A stretch of DNA of 37,020 bases, taken from NCBI GenBank assembly GCA_964403775.1, contig CAYOHL010000001.1, positions 1-37,020 on the forward strand, read 5' to 3'. Positions 15,677-23,634 of the stretch are shown here, in pieces. Under the pieces are notes generated by a model. The model did no database searches and was not told where the DNA came from. It was given only the letters and a program-made list of their open reading frames with translations. A program made the translations under genes and the position numbers. The number at the start of each line of letters is the position of its first letter. Within the stretch, counting starts at the first letter, position 1. Source of the stretch: an uncultured Methanosarcinales archaeon. GTDB lineage: Archaea > Nanobdellota > Nanobdellia > Woesearchaeales > CG1-02-33-12.

Positions 15677-17227
15677 ATGTCAATTGAGTATGAAATAAAC
15701 AATAAAGATGTAAGAACAATATATGATTTAGATATAACAAAATTTATAGATAAATTTCTTTCACCTCATAACATAAAAGATTCTATTGGTTTTATGAGCA
15801 GGGAACTTATAACTCTAAAAAATGGAGAAGAGCTAAAGACTTACCGTAAAACTGTTCAAGAATTAGTTGAAAACCCCAACTTAAAACAAACTATAGAAAA
15901 TCTTGTTTTAAATGATTATAAATTAAAATATTTAAATGATGAAAGAGAAGAGATGCTTGGAACAAATATTTCTAAAGAACATAAAGAACTTAGAAAGGAT
16001 ATTATTTTATATCTGAGTAAAGACAAGATTCATAAACTTATTTTAATGGATTATAATATTCTAAAATTTTATTGTGATTCAGTTGATAAAACCCAGAAGA
16101 TTGAAAGTGAATCAAAATTTCTTCAAAAAATTAATGAAGAAGGAAAAAGCATAACTGATGATGAATATTATCAATCTTCAAAAAGAGCAGTTTATATGAT
16201 GGAGAATTTTGGGGAAGCAAGGCTGAATGTTTTCTATGATTATTTTGATAATGTAAAAAATATAGAGAGTATAGTGTTTAATCCTAAAGAAAGAAAAATC
16301 AGTGAAGTTTTTGGCAAATATTTGAGAAAAGTAAGTAGATTGATATGCCCAGACCTTTTCTTATCTTTCTTTCCTTCTCGTAAAGAAAGATTTTATGCAT
16401 GTTCACTTGAGTTCCTGATAGAAAAGAACTTGCCTTATATAGAAAAAGTTCTTGAATATAGGAAAAAAATGGATTTTTTCCTAGGAGCAACAAGATATAT
16501 AGAAAAAATTAAATCAACCGGCATACCACTTACATATCCTTCCTTTACCAAAAAAGAAGGTTTTTTGTTCAAGGAATTATATAATCCACTCTTATTATTG
16601 CAAATGGGTATTAAAAAGAAAAAAGATATTATTCCTAATGATGTTAATTCAAATACAAAACAAAATGTAGCAATTATTACAGGACCAAATAATACTGGCA
16701 AGACAATATATGTGAAATCAATTGGTCTTGCCTATGCACTTGCCCAAAATGGTTTTCCAATTCCAGCACAAAATGCTCAGCTTATTGAACTTAATGACAT
16801 GTACACACAATTTATTCATCCTGAAGATATAGAATTAGGTGAAGGATCATATTCAGATGAGTTAAGAAGGATTAAAGAATTATTTCAAAATGCTACTACA
16901 AAAACTTTGCTAATAGCAGATGAACCAATCAGGGGGAGCTCACCTGAAGATGCTGAGGAAATGAATTTAAGATTTATTAAGGGTTTTATAAAATTGAAAG
17001 CCCCAACTTTTCTTACAACACACCTTCATAATGTTTCAAAGAATGTAGATGGTTGGGAAGGGGTAAGGAATTTACAGACAGAAGTAAATCTATATGGGAA
17101 AGAGATTAAACCAACTTATAAAATAAAACCAGGAAAAGCAAAAGGAAGTTATGGAGTTGAAATTGCTGATCAATTTGGTCTTAGCGAGGAGAATATAAGC
17201 AATTTAATAAATCAAAAGACCAAATAA
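15677..17227 (+). CDS. MutS-domain-V (ABC-like) ATPase with an uncharacterised N-terminal domain; no mismatch-binding or Smr domain
   Basis: The motifs ITGPNNTGKT (Walker A), SYSDELRR (cf. STFMVEM), LLIADEPIRGSSPEDA (Walker B) and FLTTHLH match MutS family domain V. The ORF-track start is 15623. The ATG at 15677 lies about 20 nt downstream of a TTTAAATA box. Confidence 0.75.
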   Translation: MSIEYEINNKDVRTIYDLDITKFIDKFLSPHNIKDSIGFMSRELITLKNGEELKTYRKTVQELVENPNLKQTIENLVLNDYKLKYLNDEREEMLGTNISKEHKELRKDIILYLSKDKIHKLILMDYNILKFYCDSVDKTQKIESESKFLQKINEEGKSITDDEYYQSSKRAVYMMENFGEARLNVFYDYFDNVKNIESIVFNPKERKISEVFGKYLRKVSRLICPDLFLSFFPSRKERFYACSLEFLIEKNLPYIEKVLEYRKKMDFFLGATRYIEKIKSTGIPLTYPSFTKKEGFLFKELYNPLLLLQMGIKKKKDIIPNDVNSNTKQNVAIITGPNNTGKTIYVKSIGLAYALAQNGFPIPAQNAQLIELNDMYTQFIHPEDIELGEGSYSDELRRIKELFQNATTKTLLIADEPIRGSSPEDAEEMNLRFIKGFIKLKAPTFLTTHLHNVSKNVDGWEGVRNLQTEVNLYGKEIKPTYKIKPGKAKGSYGVEIADQFGLSEENISNLINQKTK

Positions 17228-17257
17228 ATTACTGATCCTATTTTGATATAACAAAAC

Positions 17258-17267
17258 CTTTAAATAA
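17258..17267 (+). promoter_or_regulatory. TATA-like box upstream of the PIN-ATPase gene
   Basis: CTTTAAATAA lies about 25-33 nt upstream of the ATG at 17292, which suggests a short or absent leader. Confidence 0.3.
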
Positions 17268-17291
17268 CTTAAACTTGTTCTTATTGTGAAT

Positions 17292-19115
17292 ATGAAGAAA
17301 AAAACAGCTGATAATGTTGAGAAGCTTGTTCCTGACACCTCTGTTATAATAGAGGGCCTTGTCTCAGATAGAATAAGCAAGAAAGAGATAGTTCCAAAAT
17401 CAGTTGTAATACATGAGGCGGTTCTTGCAGAGCTTGAGCATCAGGCAAACCAGAACAAGGAAACAGGAGTGCTTGGCCTTGAGGAAATAAACAAGATAAG
17501 AGAGCTTTCAAAAAAACTTGAATTTAATCTTGAGTTCTCTGGAAAAAGGCCCAATGCCTATGAAATAAAATATGCCCGTTTTGGAGAGATAGACTCATTG
17601 ATAAGGGAGCTTGCTTATGATGAAAATGCTAGTTTAATGACTTCTGACAAAACCCAGGCAATGGTTGCAGAGGCAAAGGGAATTCACGTTGTATTTATTG
17701 AAATAAAGAAGCTTTTCAAAAAGCTAAAGCTTGAGAAGTTCTTTGATGAAACAACAATGAGCATACATTTAAGGGAAAATGTTGTTCCCTATGCAAAAAA
17801 AGGAACCCCTGGAAAATGGAAATTTGTTGCTGTTGGAGATACAAAACTCACAAGGGATGATATAAAGGATATAAGCCATGAGATAATTGAGGGATCAACC
17901 ATAGCAAAAGATGCTTTTATAGAGATAGAAAGGGCTGGCTCAACAATAGCCCAGCTTGGAAAGTTCAGGATTGTAATAACAAAGCCGCCTTTTTCAGACG
18001 GCTGGGAAATAACAGCTGTCAGGCCGGTTAAAACACTTTCTTTAGAAGATTATAAGCTCTCTGAAAAATTAAACAAAAGGATTGCAGAGCAGGCAGAGGG
18101 CATTTTAATTGCTGGAAGCCCTGGAATGGGAAAATCAACCTTTGCACAGGCACTTGCAATGTTTTATTCAGAAAAGGAAAAGATTGTAAAAACAATAGAA
18201 GCTCCCCGTGATTTAGTTTTGCCAGAAAATATCACGCAATATGCAATTTCTCACGGAAGTGCCCAGGAAATCCATGATGTCCTGCTCTTGTCAAGACCTG
18301 ATTATACAATATTTGATGAGATGAGAAATACCTCTGATTTTCAGCTTTTTGCTGACCTAAGATTATCCGGAATTGGACTTGCAGGAGTTGTCCATGCAAC
18401 AAACCCAATAGATGCAATCCAGCGCTTTGTTGGAAGGATTGAACTGGGGGTTATACCCCAGGTTATAGATACTGTAATCTTTATAAAAAACGGCTTTATT
18501 GACAAGATTTTAAGCCTTAAGATGGTTGTCAAGGTGCCGACAGGAATGACTGAAGCAGATTTGGCAAGGCCTGTTGTTATTGTGAGTGACTTTGAGACAA
18601 ATAAACTGGAATACGAGCTTTACTCTTATGGCGAGGAGACTGTTGTTGTTCCAGTTATATCAAACCATAAAACACCTAAAGATAAGCTTGCTGAAAAAAC
18701 CATAAAGGATATATTCAGGCACTATTCAGATGATGTTAAGGTTGATGTTGTCTCAGAAAACAAATGCATTGTTTATGTTCCTGAAGACAGGATTTCCAAG
18801 ATAATCGGAAGGCAGGGCAAGAATATTGGTGAGATTGAAAAAAGGCTTGGAATGAGCATAGACATTAGGGAGATTGACAAGAAAACACAAGGCCAAAGCA
18901 TAAGCTTTAACACAGAGATAAAAAAGAAAAACATTATTTTCTATCTTGACATGCAGTTTAAGGACAAGAACATAGACATTTACATAAATGATGATTACCT
19001 TTTGACAGCAAAGTCAGGCAAGAGCGGCCTAATAAAAATAAAAAAGAACAACAAGATAGCAAGAATACTTGTTGATGCCATTAACGCTGGTGAGAAAATT
19101 AAATTAATGTTATAA
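17292..19115 (+). CDS. PIN-domain / PilT-like ATPase / KH-domain protein (archaeal PINA-type, COG1855-like)
   Basis: The PIN domain has acidic residues in VPDTSV, LAELE and TSDKT. Walker A is AGSPGMGKST and Walker B is IFDEMR. The C-terminal KH motif is IIGRQGKNIGEIEKRLG. Confidence 0.85.
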   Translation: MKKKTADNVEKLVPDTSVIIEGLVSDRISKKEIVPKSVVIHEAVLAELEHQANQNKETGVLGLEEINKIRELSKKLEFNLEFSGKRPNAYEIKYARFGEIDSLIRELAYDENASLMTSDKTQAMVAEAKGIHVVFIEIKKLFKKLKLEKFFDETTMSIHLRENVVPYAKKGTPGKWKFVAVGDTKLTRDDIKDISHEIIEGSTIAKDAFIEIERAGSTIAQLGKFRIVITKPPFSDGWEITAVRPVKTLSLEDYKLSEKLNKRIAEQAEGILIAGSPGMGKSTFAQALAMFYSEKEKIVKTIEAPRDLVLPENITQYAISHGSAQEIHDVLLLSRPDYTIFDEMRNTSDFQLFADLRLSGIGLAGVVHATNPIDAIQRFVGRIELGVIPQVIDTVIFIKNGFIDKILSLKMVVKVPTGMTEADLARPVVIVSDFETNKLEYELYSYGEETVVVPVISNHKTPKDKLAEKTIKDIFRHYSDDVKVDVVSENKCIVYVPEDRISKIIGRQGKNIGEIEKRLGMSIDIREIDKKTQGQSISFNTEIKKKNIIFYLDMQFKDKNIDIYINDDYLLTAKSGKSGLIKIKKNNKIARILVDAINAGEKIKLML

Positions 19116-19200
19116 TCATATTCTTGATTATGCTTAAAAACAAAACATTAATATATATTCAATAGATTAGTCTCTTAAAATAAGCTTATAAGGTGTGCAA

Positions 19201-20481
19201 ATGCTCGGAATAAAGTTTATCAGGGAAAATCCGGATTTAGTCAAGAGAGACCTGAAGAAAAGGCATGAGAATGAAATGCTTGCCTGGGTAGATGACCTGC
19301 TGAAAAAAGACGAGGAATACAGGAAATCATTGCAGGAATCTCAGAATCTCAGGGCAAAGAGGAACAGGGTAACCCTTGAGATAAATGAGCTTAAAAAGCA
19401 GGGCAGGGATATCTCAGCCAAGATAAAAGAGATTAAAGAGCTTCCTTCTGAGATAAAAAAAATTGAGGAAAAGCAAAAACAACTAAAGGAAAAAATAACC
19501 TATTATCTTATGAGGATTCCAAATATTTTGCATGAGTCAGTTCCTTTTGGAAAGGATGATACTAGCAATGTTGTTGTAAAGGAATTTGGCAAAAAAAAGA
19601 AATTTGATTTTAAATTAAAATCCCATGGAGAGATGATTGAAGATTTAAATGGTGGTGATTTTAGCAGAGCTGCAAAAATAGCAGGAACAGGTTTTTATTA
19701 TCTTAAAGGCAAAATAGCATTGCTTGATTTGGCATTACAAAAATATGCAATTGAATTACTTGTTAAAAGGGGCTTTACAGTTGTTGAGCCTCCTTTCCTG
19801 ATGAACAGGAAGGCATATGAGGGAGTAACATCTCTTGCTGATTTTGAAAATGTTATGTATAAAATAGATAATGAAGACCTTTACCTTATTGCAACATCAG
19901 AGCATCCAATGGGTGCAATGTTCATGAATGAGGTTTTAAAAGAGCAAGAGCTTCCAATAAAGTTCTGCGGGCTTTCAGCTTGCTTTAGAAAAGAGATTGG
20001 CTCTCATGGAATTGACACAAGGGGAACCTTTAGAGTACACCAGTTCAGCAAGATAGAGCAGTTCATATTCTGCAGGCCAGAGCAGAGCTGGAAACTGCAT
20101 GAGGAAATCCAGAAAAATGCAGAAGATTTGTATAAAGGATTAAAGATTCCCTACAGGGTTGTGAATGTCTGCACAGGAGACATTGGGATTATTGCTGCAA
20201 AGAAATATGATTTAGAGGCATGGTCGCCAAGGGAAAGAAGGTATTTTGAGGTCGGCTCTAACTCAAACTGCACAGCCTACCAGGCAACAAGGCTTAATAT
20301 AAAGTATGAGAATAAGAAAGGAGAAAGAGAATTTATCCATACCTTAAACAACACTGCAATTGCAACATCAAGGGCATTCAGGGCAATACTTGAGAACTAC
20401 CAGAACAAGGACGGCTCACTCACAATACCAAAAATCCTAGTTCCATACATGAACGGCATAACCAAGATAGAAAAAGAATAA
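19201..20481 (+). CDS. serS: Seryl-tRNA synthetase
   Basis: N-terminal coiled-coil arm plus class II motifs (FRKEIGSHGIDTRGTFRVHQFSKIE; GSNSNCTAYQATRL; TLNNTAIATSR). AAGGTG lies upstream of the ATG at 19201. Confidence 0.95.
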   Translation: MLGIKFIRENPDLVKRDLKKRHENEMLAWVDDLLKKDEEYRKSLQESQNLRAKRNRVTLEINELKKQGRDISAKIKEIKELPSEIKKIEEKQKQLKEKITYYLMRIPNILHESVPFGKDDTSNVVVKEFGKKKKFDFKLKSHGEMIEDLNGGDFSRAAKIAGTGFYYLKGKIALLDLALQKYAIELLVKRGFTVVEPPFLMNRKAYEGVTSLADFENVMYKIDNEDLYLIATSEHPMGAMFMNEVLKEQELPIKFCGLSACFRKEIGSHGIDTRGTFRVHQFSKIEQFIFCRPEQSWKLHEEIQKNAEDLYKGLKIPYRVVNVCTGDIGIIAAKKYDLEAWSPRERRYFEVGSNSNCTAYQATRLNIKYENKKGEREFIHTLNNTAIATSRAFRAILENYQNKDGSLTIPKILVPYMNGITKIEKE

Positions 20482-20492
20482 CCAATCAAAAA

Positions 20493-20504
20493 CTATATAA
20501 ATAT
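20493..20504 (+). promoter_or_regulatory. TATA-like box upstream of orc1/cdc6
   Basis: CTATATAAATAT lies about 20-30 nt upstream of the ATG at 20524. Confidence 0.3.
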
Positions 20505-20523
20505 CTTTCTTTTATTTTCTATT

Positions 20524-21597
20524 ATGGCCTTATTTAAAGACATGCTGAAAGCAGATGAATCTCTTTTTAAGAATTCTGTTGCCCTGGATTATGACTACAT
20601 GCCAAAGCTTATAAAATATAGGGAGGATGAGCAGTTTCAGATGGCCTCATGCATAAAGCCATTATTACAGAAGAGAAATGGCAGGAATCTTTTTATTTAC
20701 GGGCCTCCGGGAATAGGCAAGACAGTTGCCTGCAGGCATGTTCTTCAGGAGCTTGAGGAGGATTCAGATGACATTGTTCCGATTTACATAAACTGCTGGC
20801 AGAAAAACACATCATTCAAGATGCTTGTTGAGATATGCAATATTATTGGCTATAAGCTGACGCACAACAAGAAAACAGATGAGCTTTTCAGCATAGTCAA
20901 ATCAATGCTTAACAAGAAATCAGCTGTATTTGTTTTTGATGAATCAGACAAGCTTGAAGACTTTGATTTTTTATACATGCTCTTGGAAGAAATTTACAGG
21001 AAATCAATTTTTTTAATAACAAACAACAGCAGCTGGATCAGCGAGCTTGATGACAGAATAAAATCAAGGCTTACACCAGAGATGCTTGAGTTCAGGCCTT
21101 ACAACATCAAGGAAACAGAGGGCATACTAAGGGAAAGAATAAATTATGCATTTGTAGATAATGTCTGGGATGAGCATGCCATTAAACTAGCAGTTAATGA
21201 AACCTTTGGTTTAGAAGATATAAGGTCAGGATTATTTATACTGAAGGAAGCAGGCAATAATGCAGAAGACCGCTCTTCAAGAAAAATAATACTAGATGAC
21301 GTTAAAAAAGCAATTGAAAAACTTCCGGAATTTAGTGCAAAGAGCAGCTCTGAGCTTGAAGAAGAAAAAAAAATTATACTCGATATAATAAAAAAGAATA
21401 GTGGGAAAAAGATTGGTGAAATCTATAAAGAATATCAGGCAGCTGGCGGCAAGGCTGTCTATAAAACATTTCAGAGAAAGATATCAAAACTTGAGAAACA
21501 GGGCTTTATCTCAACAGAGAAAATAGCAGGCGGAAAAGAGGGCAAGACAACAATAATAAACTATAAAGACATAACAAAAAAGATTACTGACTTCTAA
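20524..21597 (+). CDS. cdc6: Orc1/Cdc6 replication initiator
   Basis: Contains YREDEQ..., Walker A IYGPPGIGKT, Walker B VFVFDESD and a C-terminal winged-helix region (YKTFQRKISKLEKQGFIS). Confidence 0.92.
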   Translation: MALFKDMLKADESLFKNSVALDYDYMPKLIKYREDEQFQMASCIKPLLQKRNGRNLFIYGPPGIGKTVACRHVLQELEEDSDDIVPIYINCWQKNTSFKMLVEICNIIGYKLTHNKKTDELFSIVKSMLNKKSAVFVFDESDKLEDFDFLYMLLEEIYRKSIFLITNNSSWISELDDRIKSRLTPEMLEFRPYNIKETEGILRERINYAFVDNVWDEHAIKLAVNETFGLEDIRSGLFILKEAGNNAEDRSSRKIILDDVKKAIEKLPEFSAKSSSELEEEKKIILDIIKKNSGKKIGEIYKEYQAAGGKAVYKTFQRKISKLEKQGFISTEKIAGGKEGKTTIINYKDITKKITDF

Positions 21598-21866
21598 AAC
21601 CTTACTGTAAAATCATCAAACTCTCCCTTGAATTCCTCATACTTAATCTTGAGGTTAGCAACACATGACAGTACAGGGCCCCTTCTGCAGAAATCAATCA
21701 ATTCATTAAGCTCTTTCTCATTTCCCTCTGCAACAACCTCCACATCGCCATTTGAAACATTCCTAACAAAGCCCCTAAGGCCGAGGTTTCTGGCTTTAAC
21801 CTTTGTGTTATGCCGAAAGAAAACCCCTTGTACGTAGCCAGATATAATAATATGGACTCTTTTCAT
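21594..21866 (-). CDS. acyP: Acylphosphatase
   Basis: 90 aa with the signature ISGYVQGVFFR...GFVRN..NG.VE. Its stop interleaves with the orc1 stop. Confidence 0.9.
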   Translation of the reverse strand: MKRVHIIISGYVQGVFFRHNTKVKARNLGLRGFVRNVSNGDVEVVAEGNEKELNELIDFCRRGPVLSCVANLKIKYEEFKGEFDDFTVRF

Positions 21867-21905
21867 ATCAAACTAAAATAAATACTAGTATTTTAATTTA
21901 ACCTC

Positions 21906-21984
21906 TATGTCCAATGATTAGGCCTTGAAACAAATGATTCCTTCGCATATAGGCATTTAATATCCATTGGACACTGGACATATG
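21906..21984. repeat. Nested inverted repeats (TATGTCCAATG / CATTGGACAC-TGGACATA)
   Basis: TATGTCCA (21906-21913) is the reverse complement of TGGACATA (21976-21983). TCCAATG (21910-21916) is the reverse complement of CATTGGA (21965-21971). TGGACA is tandemly duplicated at 21968-21980. Confidence 0.6.
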
Positions 21985-22038
21985 TTGAAATGAGGTATTT
22001 AAACAAACCAATTATCTTATTGCTAGAGGTGGTAAGAG

Positions 22039-22134
22039 ATGATAGACCTTAGCACAAACACAATCCAAAACCTGTTTTTCCAGCAGATAAGAAACCTGAC
22101 TCTCAATATCAATACAGAGGATTTAAACTGGTAA
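22039..22134 (+). CDS. Candidate small ORF, 31 aa (MIDLSTNTIQNLFFQQIRNLTLNINTEDLNW)
   Basis: GAGGTGG (22027-22033) lies 5 nt upstream of the ATG. It falls below the 60-aa cutoff of the supplied ORF track. Confidence 0.35.
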   Translation: MIDLSTNTIQNLFFQQIRNLTLNINTEDLNW

Positions 22135-22139
22135 TATAA

Positions 22140-22286
22140 GTGGAAAAGGTGATTAAATTCAGCATACTCAAAAAAATATTTAACAGAACTTTCATGGAAT
22201 GGGATGAATACAAGGCAAAAATTGACTTTTTAGAGTATTTTTACTGGCAACAGGGCGTTCACAAACAAAGCATTCGGAATCTTTAA
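22140..22286 (+). CDS. Candidate small ORF, 48 aa (GTG start; internal ATG at 22194)
   Basis: It begins 5 nt after sORF1 and ends 17 nt before a perfect hairpin with a T-tract. Sequence: VEKVIKFSILKKIFNRTFMEWDEYKAKIDFLEYFYWQQGVHKQSIRNL. Confidence 0.3.
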   Translation: MEKVIKFSILKKIFNRTFMEWDEYKAKIDFLEYFYWQQGVHKQSIRNL

Positions 22287-22303
22287 TCCATTTTACACCT
22301 CTG

Positions 22304-22325
22304 CCCCCTCTCTGAGGGGGTTTTT
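22304..22325 (+). terminator. Intrinsic-terminator-like hairpin
   Basis: CCCCCTC (22304-22310) pairs with GAGGGGG (22314-22320) around a 3-nt loop, followed directly by TTTTT (22321-22325). Confidence 0.6.
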
Positions 22326-22386
22326 ATTCTGATTTGTATTGTTCATATTAATAAAATATTTAAACAAAGGTCAATATCCTATAATT

Positions 22387-22959
22387 ATGAGAGTTTACAT
22401 AAAAGAAGAAATTTTATTGAGAAAAGCAGAAACACTAAGAAAAATAAAAACAGGAGCAATAATTGTTCATCCAACAGACACTATCTATGGCATTGGATGC
22501 AATGCCCTTAACTCAAAGGCTGTTGAAAAGGTAAGAAAGATAAAAGACAGGCATACAATGCCTTTCTCAGTCATAGCTCCATCAAAACAGTGGATTTATG
22601 ATAATTGTGTTATTACAAAAAATGTTGAAAAATGGATAAAAAAACTGCCGGGAAGATACACTTTAATATTAAAACTAAAAAATAAAAAATCTGTTGTAAA
22701 AGAGGTCAACAGTGGATGGGACACCTTGGGGGTTAGAATCCCAAAGCACTGGTTTACCATACTTATTGAAAAAGTAGGTGTTCCCTTTGTAACTACAAGT
22801 GCAAACATTGCTGGAGAGGACTTTATGACCTCTATTGATGACCTTGATCCAAGAATAAAGAGCAGGGTTGATTTTATTGTTTATGAGGGAATAAAAAGAG
22901 GCAGACCATCTAGAATCATTGATTTGACAAAAGAAAAGCCAGAGATAATAAAAAGATAA
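22387..22959 (+). CDS. YrdC/TsaC-type L-threonylcarbamoyladenylate synthase (single YrdC domain)
   Basis: Contains VHPTDTIYGIGCNA, KIKDR...PFSVI, LGVRIP and VTTSANIAGE. The ATG at 22387 is preferred over the TTG at 22339. Confidence 0.82.
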   Translation: MRVYIKEEILLRKAETLRKIKTGAIIVHPTDTIYGIGCNALNSKAVEKVRKIKDRHTMPFSVIAPSKQWIYDNCVITKNVEKWIKKLPGRYTLILKLKNKKSVVKEVNSGWDTLGVRIPKHWFTILIEKVGVPFVTTSANIAGEDFMTSIDDLDPRIKSRVDFIVYEGIKRGRPSRIIDLTKEKPEIIKR

Positions 22960-22962
22960 AAC

Positions 22963-23634
22963 ATGGAAAAAAAGAAAAAGGCTAAGAAAAAACCAGCTGA
23001 TAAGACCGAAAAAAAACCCAAAAAATCAAAATTAAAAATACTTGCTTCTGGAGACATACACGGCGACACAGGCCTTGCAGAAAGGCTTGCTGAAAAGGCA
23101 AAAAAAGAAAATGTTGATTTGATAATACTTTGCGGCGACCTAACACTGGGGGAAAGAAGCACCTCAAACCTTATAGGCCCTTTTGTCAAGAGGAAAAAAA
23201 AGGTAATTCTTATCCCGGGAAACCACGAGACTGTTGCAACCGCAGACTTTCTTGCAGAGCTTTATGGGGCAAAAAACCTTCATGGCTACTCTATTAAATA
23301 TAGGGATGTTGGTTTTTTTGGCTGCGGCGGGGCCAATATTGGGTTATTTCAGCTAGGTGAGAAGGAGATATTTAATTTACTGAAAAAAGGCTTTGATAAG
23401 ATAAGGTATTTAGACAAGAAAATAATGATAACTCATGTTCATCCCTCTGGAACAAAAATGGAGAAATTCACAAAAATATTTCCAGGCTCAGAAGGGGTTA
23501 AAAGGGCAATAGACACATTTAAGCCAGACATTCTTCTCTGCTCGCATGTCCATGAGGCAGAGGGCATAGAGGAGAAAATAGGAAAAACAAAAGTTATAAA
23601 TGTTGGAAGAAAAGGAAAAATAATAGAAATATAA
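22963..23634 (+). CDS. Calcineurin-like metallophosphoesterase with a Lys-rich N-terminal extension
   Basis: Motifs GDIHGD, CGDLT, GNHE, THVHP and SHVHE are present. The N-terminal 25 aa are MEKKKKAKKKPADKTEKKPKKSKLK. Confidence 0.8.
   Translation: MEKKKKAKKKPADKTEKKPKKSKLKILASGDIHGDTGLAERLAEKAKKENVDLIILCGDLTLGERSTSNLIGPFVKRKKKVILIPGNHETVATADFLAELYGAKNLHGYSIKYRDVGFFGCGGANIGLFQLGEKEIFNLLKKGFDKIRYLDKKIMITHVHPSGTKMEKFTKIFPGSEGVKRAIDTFKPDILLCSHVHEAEGIEEKIGKTKVINVGRKGKIIEI

Noticed and set aside
13160-17227. Lon-like protease plus MutS-like ATPase as a known defence system (for example BREX BrxL-like).
   Set aside because: The protease matches the LonB/YcbZ housekeeping-type pattern rather than BrxL. 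No methyltransferase, PglZ or other BREX/DISARM partners are present. TATA-like boxes suggest separate transcription. It is kept only as a low-priority linkage question in the findings.
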